From: Centroscyllium fabricii
Lineage: Eukaryota
Length of the DNA stretch: 64,000 bases
Reading direction: 5' to 3'
Assembly: GCA_051313645.2 (NCBI GenBank)
Contig: JBNRSN020000129.1
Location: 1,984,001-2,048,000 of the forward strand
Of the stretch, positions 37,319-46,182 are shown piece by piece. The notes beneath the pieces are model-generated. The model was not told the DNA's origin and made no database searches. It saw nothing but the letters and a program-made list of their open reading frames with translations. A program made the position numbers and the translations under genes. Within the stretch, counting starts at the first letter, position 1, and every line of letters starts with the position of its first letter.

Positions 37319-40155
37319 ACTCTTCACCTCTTGGCACTAGCACCATAGACTATATGATTACGGATCTGGATCCTTCCTCTCTCAGAGCGTTCACAGTCAA
37401 ACCGCTAACACCTCTGTCAGATCACAGCCAAATTACTGCGTATTTCAAAAGAGCGGAAACTACCATCACAGAAACACAGCCCAGCAAGCTGCACAAAACC
37501 AAAAAACCATACAGATGGGCCCAAGACAGCTCTGAAAGATACATAAAAGCAAGTAGCAGTCAATCGATTCAATTGCTCCTGGGCACCTTTCTAGAAAACA
37601 CATACACCCACAATAAAGAAGGCGTAAACCTGGCAGTGAACAACATTAACAATATTTTTGATAAATTGGCATCAATGTCAGACCTGAAACCCTCTTCCCA
37701 GAATAAGCCCTCCCAGAATAAGCCCAAGACGAGAAAACACGAAAAATGGTTTGATACAGACTGTCATAACATGAGGAAAAAACTCAGAAATATATCAAAC
37801 CAAAAACATAGACAACCAACGAATGAGGAACTTCGCATTGCCTATTGTCAGGCACTAACACAATATAAACACACACTCAGAACGAAGAAAGAACAGTATA
37901 CTAAGAAAAAACTTAGTGACATTGAAGAATCTATTGATTCCAATAGTTTCTGGGAAAACTGGAACGCACTACACAAAAAGCAACAAGACGAACTGCCCAT
38001 TCAAAATGGTGAAATATGGGAAAAACATTTTGTCCAACTGTACCAGAAACACACACTAAGCCCAGAGCAAGAACAATTATGTAAAAAATTGCACGACCTC
38101 GAAATGATCATTAAGGATTACCAAAACCCCCTAGACTCCTTAATCACTGAAAGAGAGCTAGCCGAAAAACTTAGGGACCTGCGACCAAGAAAAGCAGGTG
38201 GCGCAGACGGCATACTAAACGAGATGCTAAAACACACAGATGATAAAATGAAACGGGCTATCCTACAACTCTTCAACCTGGTTCTGAGTGCCGGTTACTT
38301 CCCTGAAGTCTGGAACAAAGGACTCATAACACCCATATTTAAAAGTGGAGACAAACTTGACCCAAACAATTACAGAGGCATCTGTGTGAGCAGCAACCTG
38401 GGGAAGGTTTTCTGTAGTATCATTAACAAAAGACTCACAAGCTTTCTCACGGAGCACAATGTCCTGAGTAACAGCCAAATTGGATTCCTACCAAACTATA
38501 GAACCTCTGACCATATTTTCACCCTCCACACCCTAATAGACAAACACGTCCACCAAAATAAAAGCAAAATTTTTGCCTGCTTTATAGATTTCCAAAAGGC
38601 TTTCGACTCTATTTGGCACGATGGTCTATTCCTAAAACTCATCGAAGGAGGGATAGGGGGAAAAACGTATGACGTAATTAAATCAATGTACACAGGAAAC
38701 AAATGTGCAGTTAAAATCGGAGATAAACAAACAAAATACTTCCCACAGGGACGTGGCGTGGCACAGGGCTCCTCTATCTCACCAACTCTTTTTAACATCT
38801 ATATAAATGAACTGGCAAAAACACTGGAACAATCTACAGCACCGGGCCTCGACCTACATGACTCCGAGGTCAAATTCCTCCTGTATGCAGATGATCTAGT
38901 CCTACTGTCACCGACAGAGGAGGGCCTACAACAGAACCTCGATCGGTTAGAGTCATTCTGCCAGAATTGGGCATTGAAAATAAACCCCAAAAAATCCAAG
39001 GTTCTTGTATTCCAGCAAAGAACCAAACATCAGGGAACCAAAACAAACTACACACTAGGAGCAACACTAATTGAACAAACTACAAACTACACATACTTAG
39101 GGTTAAAAATCAGCTCCACGGGAAATTTTCACTTGGCCGTGAACGAACTGAAAGAGAAAGCGAGAAGGGCATTCTATGCCATTAAGAAGACAATCCAAAT
39201 AGACATTCCACCGGGCATTTGGATCAAAATCTTTAACTCTGTAATTGAACCAATTGCACTTTATGGCAGCGAGGTGTGGGGTCTGCTATCACACCAAGAT
39301 TTTGCAAAATGGGACAAACACCCAATTGAGACCCTGCATGCTGAGTTCTGTAAGAGTATCCTTCGGACTCAGAGGAAAACCACAAACAATGCATGCAGGG
39401 CAGAGTTAGGCCAATATCCACTACTATTTAAAATCCAAAAAAGAGCAATCAAATTCTGGAAACACCTAAAACTGAGCAACCCTCACAGTTACCACTACAA
39501 AGCCCTGAAATGCCAAGAAGCTAACATAAAAAGAAGTCCCATCAACCAACTAGTCCTAGGACTTAGCGAAGTTACTAATAACACTACTGTTAACAACCAA
39601 CTTAGCGGAAAAACCACTAACACTATTGGTAACAACCAGCCCCTGGACAGTGACGCCCTAGCACTCAGAATCCGACCCAACACAATTATTACTCAACAAA
39701 AAGAAAAATACCTGAACTACTGGACAGAAACGACAAAAACCCAAATCAAACTAGATTGCTACTTGGCCCTAAACAGACAGTACACCATGGCGGACTACCT
39801 GTCCATGGTGAAAGATAGAAAACTGAGAAAAACGCTGACAATGTACAGACTTTGCGAGCACAGCCTAGCCATCGAAAAAGGCAGACACAGAAAGACTTGG
39901 CTGCCCAGAGAGGAAAGGCTGTGCTCCCACTGCAGTCAGGGAGTGGTGGAGACAGAGCTGCACTTCCTCACAACCTGCGAAAACTATCAGGGAATAAGGG
40001 GAAATTTCTTCCCAAAATTCGCAACAGCATGCCCTGAATTCAAAAATCTGACCGACCACCAGAAACTCCCATACCTACTAGGGGAACAGAAGGAATGTAT
40101 AAAACTTGCGGCAAACTACGTCACAGCTTGCCATAAGCAGAGGGACAACCAGTGA
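37318..40155 (+). CDS. LINE ORF2 fragment: C-terminal end of APE endonuclease + reverse transcriptase + CCHC zinc knuckle
   Basis: APE C-terminal motifs STIDYM (IDY at 37345-37353) and PLSDH (SDH at 37417-37425); YADD at 38884-38895; CX2CX9HX4C near the C-terminus; no stops or frameshifts. The ORF-track start at 37315 is a satellite GTG. Confidence 0.94.
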   Translation, partial: YSSPLGTSTIDYMITDLDPSSLRAFTVKPLTPLSDHSQITAYFKRAETTITETQPSKLHKTKKPYRWAQDSSERYIKASSSQSIQLLLGTFLENTYTHNKEGVNLAVNNINNIFDKLASMSDLKPSSQNKPSQNKPKTRKHEKWFDTDCHNMRKKLRNISNQKHRQPTNEELRIAYCQALTQYKHTLRTKKEQYTKKKLSDIEESIDSNSFWENWNALHKKQQDELPIQNGEIWEKHFVQLYQKHTLSPEQEQLCKKLHDLEMIIKDYQNPLDSLITERELAEKLRDLRPRKAGGADGILNEMLKHTDDKMKRAILQLFNLVLSAGYFPEVWNKGLITPIFKSGDKLDPNNYRGICVSSNLGKVFCSIINKRLTSFLTEHNVLSNSQIGFLPNYRTSDHIFTLHTLIDKHVHQNKSKIFACFIDFQKAFDSIWHDGLFLKLIEGGIGGKTYDVIKSMYTGNKCAVKIGDKQTKYFPQGRGVAQGSSISPTLFNIYINELAKTLEQSTAPGLDLHDSEVKFLLYADDLVLLSPTEEGLQQNLDRLESFCQNWALKINPKKSKVLVFQQRTKHQGTKTNYTLGATLIEQTTNYTYLGLKISSTGNFHLAVNELKEKARRAFYAIKKTIQIDIPPGIWIKIFNSVIEPIALYGSEVWGLLSHQDFAKWDKHPIETLHAEFCKSILRTQRKTTNNACRAELGQYPLLFKIQKRAIKFWKHLKLSNPHSYHYKALKCQEANIKRSPINQLVLGLSEVTNNTTVNNQLSGKTTNTIGNNQPLDSDALALRIRPNTIITQQKEKYLNYWTETTKTQIKLDCYLALNRQYTMADYLSMVKDRKLRKTLTMYRLCEHSLAIEKGRHRKTWLPREERLCSHCSQGVVETELHFLTTCENYQGIRGNFFPKFATACPEFKNLTDHQKLPYLLGEQKECIKLAANYVTACHKQRDNQ

Positions 40156-40432
40156 ACATTGACATTGAAGCTAAGATGAGCATACAAGCTCTATATGCGG
40201 GTATAAACGTACATATGTACGTAACTAATGTACGGGTGTCAATAATTCTACTAATGTATTATTCTATGTAGTACGTCTACGAATGTATTATTCTTATGTA
40301 TGTTAACCTAAGTCCAGTTAAATGTTATACTTATTTTGTTTGTATTGTTATTGATGTACCATTTTTGTAATGCTTTGGCAACAACGGTTGATACCATTCA
40401 TGCCAATAAAGCTATTTGAAAGTGAAAGTGAA
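37319..40432 (+). mobile_element. 5'-truncated non-LTR retrotransposon (LINE), copy 2, same family as copy 1
   Basis: About 207 bp longer at the 5' end than copy 1; 16 substitutions relative to copy 1 over ~2.9 kb; AATAAA at 40405-40410; tail TGAAAG TGAAAG TGAA. No target-site duplication relative to the empty paralogous site at 32110/32111. Confidence 0.95.
40372..40432 (+). promoter_or_regulatory. LINE copy 2 putative 3' stem-loop, AATAAA and short (TGAAAG)n tail
   Basis: Same GCTTTGGCA / TGCCAATAAAGC pairing as copy 1 (40372-40412); tail at 40417-40432. Confidence 0.6.
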
Positions 40433-43400
40433 GTGTGTATAGGTGTGAACACTGTGTATAGGTGTGAACACTGTGTGTAGGTGTGAGCAGTGTGTGTATA
40501 GGTGTGAACACTGTTTAGGTGTGAGCAGTGTGTTTAGGTGTGAACACTGTGTATAGGTGTGAGCAGTGTGTTTATAGGTGTGAACACTGTGTAGGTGTGA
40601 GCAGTGTGTGTATAAGTGTAAACACTGTGTGTAGGTGTCAGCAGTGTGTGTGTATAGGTGTGAACACTGTGTATAGGTGTGAACACTGTGTGTAGGTGTG
40701 AGCAGTGTGTGTATAGGTGTGAACACTGCGTAGGTGTGAGCAGTGTGTGTATAGGTGTGAACACTGTGTATAGGTGTGAACACTGTGTGTAGGTGTGAGC
40801 AGTGTGTGTATAGGTGTGAACACTGTGTAGGTGTGAGCAGTGTGTGTATAGGTGTGAACAGTGTGTAGGTGTGAGCAGTGTGAACACTGTGTATAGGTGT
40901 GAGCAGTGTGTTTATAGGTGTGAACACTGTGTAGGTGTGAGCAGTGTGTTTATAGGTGTGAACACTGTGTAGGTGTGAGCAGTGTGTTTATAGGTGTGAA
41001 CACTGCGTAGGTGTGAGCAGTGTGTGTATAGGTGTGAACACTGTGTATAGGTGTGAACACTGTGTGTAGGTGTGAGCAGTGTGTGTATAGGTGTGAACAC
41101 TGTGTAGGTGTGAGCAGTGTGTGTATAGGTGTGAGCAGTGTGTATAGGTGTGAGCAGTGTGTATAGGTGTGAACACTGTGTGTAGGTGTGAGTAGTGTGT
41201 GTATATAGGTGTGAACAGTGTGTAGGTGTGAGCAGTGTGTGTGTATAGGTGTGAACACTGTGTAGGTGTGAGCAGTGTGTGTGTATAGGTGTGAACACTG
41301 TGTGTAGGTGTGAGCAGTGTGTATAGGTGTGAACACTGTGTGTAGGTGTGAGCAGTGTGTGTATATAGGTGTGAACAGTGTGTAGGTGTGAGCAGTGTGT
41401 GTATATAGGTGTGAACACTGTGTAGGTGTGAGCAGTGTGTGTGTATAGGTGTGAACACTGTGTGTAGGTGTGAGCAGTGTGTGTGTATAGATGTGAACAC
41501 TGTGTGAATAGGTGTGAGCAGTGTGTGTGTATAGGTGTGAACACTGTGTGTAGGTGTGAACGCTGTGTGTAGGTGTGAGCAGTGTGTGTATAGGTGTGAA
41601 CACTGTGTGTAGGTGTGAGCAGTGTGTGTATAGGTGTGAACACTGTGTAGGTGTGAGCAGTGTGTGTGTATAGGTGTGAACACTGTGTGTAGGTATGAGC
41701 AGTGTGTGTGTGTATAGGTGTGAACACTGTGTAGGTGTGAGCAGTGTGTGTATAGGTGTGAACACTGTGTGTAGGTGTGAGCAGTGTGTGTGTATAGGTG
41801 TGAACACTGTGTAGGTGTGAGCACTGTGTGTGTATAGGTGTGAACACTGTGTAGGTGTGAGCAGTGTGTGTGTATAGGTGTGAACACTGTGTAGGTGTGA
41901 GCAGTGTGTGTGTATAGGTGTGAACAGTGTGTAGGTGTGAGCAGTGTGTTTGTATAGGTGTGAACACTGTGTGTAGGTGTGAGCAGTGTGTGTGTATAGG
42001 TGTGAACAGTGTGTAGGTGTGAGCAGTGTGTTTGTATAGGTGTGGACACTGTGTAGGTGTGAGCAGTGTGTGTGTATAGGTGTGGACACTGTGTAGGTGT
42101 GAGCAGTGTGTGTGAATAGGTGTGAGCAGTGTGTGTGTATAGGTGTGAACACTGTGTGTAGGTGTGAACACTGTGTGTAGGTGTGAGCAGTGTGTGTATA
42201 GGTGTGAACACTGTGTAGGTGTGAGCAGTGTGTGTATAGGTGTGAACACTGTGTGTAGATGTGAGCAGCGTGTATAGGTGTGAACACTGTGTGTAGGTGT
42301 GGGCAGCGTGTATAGGTGTGAACAGTGTGTGTAGGTGTGTGTATAGGTGTGAACACTGTGTGTAGGTGTGAGCAGTGTGTGTATAGGTGTGAACACTGTG
42401 TATAGGTGTGAGCAGTGTGTGTATAGGTGTGAACACTGTGTGTAGGTGTGTGTATAGGTGTGAACACTGTGTGTAGGTGTGATCAGTGTGTGTATAGGTG
42501 TGAACACTGTGTATAGGTGTGAGCAGTGTGTGTATAGGTGTGGACACAGTGTGTAGGTGTGAGCAGTGTGTGTATAGGTGTGAACACTGTGTGTAGGTGT
42601 GAACACTGTGTGTAGGTGTGGGCAGCCTGTATATGTGTGAACACTGTGTGTAGGTGTGGGCAGCGTGTATAGGTGTGAACACTGTGTGTAGGTGTGTGTA
42701 TAGGTGTGAACACTGTGTGTAGGTGTGAGCAGTGTGTGTATAGGTGTGAACACTGTGTATAGGTGTGAGCAGTGTGTGTATAGGTGTGAACACTGTGTGT
42801 AGGTGTGTGTATAGGTGTGAACACTGTGTGTAGGTGTGATCAGTGTGTGTATAGGTGTGAACACTGTGTATAGGTGTGAGCAGTGTGTGTATAGGTGTGA
42901 ACACTGTGTGTAGGTGTGAGCAGTGTGTATAGGTGTGAACACTGTGTGTAGGTGTGAGCAGTGTGTGTATAGCTGTGAACACTGTGTAGGTGTGAGCAGT
43001 GTATAGGTGTGAACACTGTGTGTAGGTGAGCAGTGTGTGTTTATAGGTGTGAACACTGTGTAGGTGTGAGCAGTGTGTATATGTGTGAACACTGTGTGTA
43101 GGTGTGAGCAGTGTGTATAGGTGTGAACACTGTGTGTAGGTGTGAACAGTGTCTGTAGGTGTGAGCAGTGTGTGTATAGGTGTGAACACTGTGTGTAGTT
43201 GTGAGCAGTGTGTGTGTATAGGTGTGAACACTGTGTATAGGTGTGAACACTGTGTGTAGGTGTGAGCAGTGTGTGTATAGGTGTGAACACTGTGTAGGTG
43301 TGTGCAGTGTGTTTAGGTGTGAACACTGTGTATAGGTGTGAGCAGTGTGTTTATAGGTGTGAACACTGTGTAGGTGTGAGCAGTGTGTGTATAAGTGTAA

Positions 43401-44204
43401 ACACTGTGTGTAGGTGTCAGCAGTGTGTGTGTATAGGTGTGAACACTGTGTATAGGTGTGAACACTGTGTGTAGGTGTGAGCAGTGTGTGTATAGGTGTG
43501 AACACTGCGTAGGTGTGAGCAGTGTGTGTATAGGTGTGAACACTGTGTATAGGTGTGAACACTGTGTGTAGGTGTGAGCAGTGTGTGTATAGGTGTGAAC
43601 AGTGTGTAGGTGTGAGCAGTGTGAACACTGTGTATAGGTGTGAGCAGTGTGTTTATAGGTGTGAACACTGTGTAGGTGTGAGCAGTGTCTTTATAGGTGT
43701 GAACACTGTGTAGGTGTGAGCAGTGTGTTTATAGGTGTGAACACTGCGTAGATGTGAGCAGTGTGTGTATAGGTGTGAACACTGCGTAGATGTGAGCAGT
43801 GTGTGTATAGGTGTGAACACTGTGTATAGGTGTGAACACTGTGTGTAGGTGTGAGCAGTGTGTGTATAGGTGTGAACACTGTGTAGGTGTGAGCAGTGTG
43901 TGTATAGGTGTGAACAGTGTGTAGGTGTGAGCAGTGTGAACACTGTGTATAGGTGTGAGCAGTGTGTTTATAGGTGTGAACACTGTGTAGGTGTGAGCAG
44001 TGTGTTTATAGGTGTGAACACTGTGTAGGTGTGAGCAGTGTGTGTATAGGTGTAAACACTGTGTGTAGGTGTGATCAGTGTGTGTCTTATGTGTGAACAC
44101 TGTGTGTAGGTGTGAACACTGTGTATAGGTGTGAACACTGTGTAGGTGTGAACACTGTGTATAGGTGTGAACACTGTGTAGGTGTGAACACTGTGTGTGT
44201 GAGC
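40433..44204 (+). repeat. TG-rich satellite array, continuation of the middle domain, decaying at its right edge
   Basis: Resumes the same higher-order phase as 32111 onward; the last ~120 bp are runs of B subunits only, ending ...ctgtgtgtgtgagc. Confidence 0.97.
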
Positions 44205-45013
44205 TGACCTGGAAGGGCCCAATTGTAGCAGTGATCTTAAACTGGTCCATTTTAATGCAAGTCTTCAATTCAAAGATTCAAATATTGATTGAAAATGAGA
44301 CTTTGTATTTTAAATGAATGAATCTTGCTTTAACGTTTGCTCTGTATTTGAAAATAGTTAACTTTGTCTGTGAAGCTCTGCGAGTGCTCTGCGTCCTTGT
44401 TGAGGTTTGTCGGTAGCCTCGAACTGTTAGTCAGTCCTGGGTCAGTCAGTGAAGATACTGACGTTAGACTGGAATGGAAGAGTCACAATTAAAACAGCAA
44501 TTTTATTGGAAACATTACAAACTGCAGAATTACAGCGAGACTGTGTGGGGAAACCTTTCTGCACTGACCATGTTAATCAGGCCGAGGAAGGGATTGTCTT
44601 CCCATCCTGGAATCGCACGTCTACCTTGCACTGCTCCAGGTTATACACATCACGCCAAACACCAAGCGATGTTTCCTCGCCTCCGCTTCAACCCCAGCCA
44701 TCCTCCGAATCTCTGCTTTTCACCTAAAACCCTTTGTGAAGGGGGGAATCATCCCGCGTCTGTCTGTGCTGGTGAACGGTATCAGGGTACATAGAAAACA
44801 CGGGGGAAACCCAGACAGCTCCCTTGGTAAGTCTGGTGCACACAGTGGGCGGGGATGTCAGAAAGTTCACGTATCCAAAAGGAAGGTGGAGCGCATAGCC
44901 TCATTTCTTATCAAAACTTATAAGAACAGCATATTAAAATAAGCACAAATTGCAATGTAACTGTAAAATACCAAAAACTGTGAGTAATCCTAGGTCAGGT
45001 ACGATGAAAATAT
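44205..45013. other. Non-repetitive island of unknown function
   Basis: Complex sequence with no visible similarity to the satellite or the LINE; its short ORFs show no motif I recognise. Confidence 0.85.
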
Positions 45014-46182
45014 TGTTTGTCGTGGGCTGGGCGGCCATGCTTATACTGGGTACAGTGGCCATGTTTGTAGTGGGTAGGATGGCCATGTTTGTTGTGGGTA
45101 GGATGGCCATGTTTGTAGTGGGTAGGATGGCCATGTTTGTAGTGGGTAGGATGGCCATGTTTGTAGTGGGTAGGATGGCCATGTTTGTTGTGGGTAGGAT
45201 GGCCATGTTTGTAGTGGGTAGGATGGCCATGTTTGTAGTGGGTAGGATGGCCATGTTTGTTGTGGGTAGGATGGCCATGTTTGTAGTGGGAAGGATGGCG
45301 ATGTTTGTAGTGGGTAGGATGGCCATGTTTGTAGTGGGTAGGGCGGCCATGTTTGTAGTGGGTAGGATGGCCATGTTTGTAGTGGGTAGGATGGCCATGT
45401 TTGTAGTGGGTAGGATGGCCATGTTTGTAGTGGGTAGGATGGCCATGTTTGTTGTGGGTAGGATGGCCATGTTTGTAGTGGGAAGGATGGCCATGTTTGT
45501 AGTGGGTAGGATGACCATGTTTGTCGTGGGTAGGATGGCCATGTTTGTAGTGGGTAGGATGGCCATGTTTGTAGTGGGTAGGATGGCCATGTTTGTTGTG
45601 GGTAGGATGGCCATGTTTGTAGTGGGTAGGATGGCCATGTTTGTAGTGGGTAGGATGGCCATATTTGTTGTGGGTAGGATGGCCATGTTTGTAGTGGGTT
45701 GGATGGCCATGTTTGTAGTGGGTAGGATGGCCATGTTTGTAGTGGGTAGGATGGCCATGTTTGTCGTGGGTAGGATGGCCATGTTTGTAGTGGGTAGGAT
45801 GGCCATTTTTGTAGTGGGTAGGATGGCCATGTTTGTTGTGGGTAGGATGGCCATGTTTGTAGTGGGTAGGATGGCCATGTTTGTAGTGGGTGGGATGGCC
45901 ATGTTTCTTGTGGGTAGGATGGCCATGTTTGTAGTGGGAAGGATGGCCATGTTTGTAGTGGGTAGGATGGCCATGTTTATACTGGATACAGTGGCCATGT
46001 TTGTAGTGAGTAGGATGGTCATGTTTGTAGTGTGTACGATGGCCATGTTTGTAGTGGGTACGATGGCCATGTTTGTAGTGGGTACAGTGGCCATGTTTGT
46101 TGTGGGTAGGATGGCCATGTTTGTAGTGGGTAGGATGGCCATGTTTGTAGTGGGTAGGATGGCCATGTTTGTAGTGGGTAGG
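45014..46182 (+). repeat. 24-bp minisatellite (ATGGCCATGTTTGTAGTGGGTAGG)n, about 48-49 units
   Basis: Exact 24-bp period with no indels seen; degenerate units at 45014-45060 and ~45970-46090. Confidence 0.97.

Noticed and set aside
19766-40432. The two LINE copies as LTRs of one large element, or as products of one segmental duplication
   Set aside because: They have different 5' ends, tail lengths, flanks and target-site outcomes, and empty paralogous sites exist for both.
44449-44942. ORFs of 68-106 aa in the unique island as stand-alone genes
   Set aside because: They overlap in all three frames, two use GTG starts, and none has a recognisable domain; lengths are compatible with chance.
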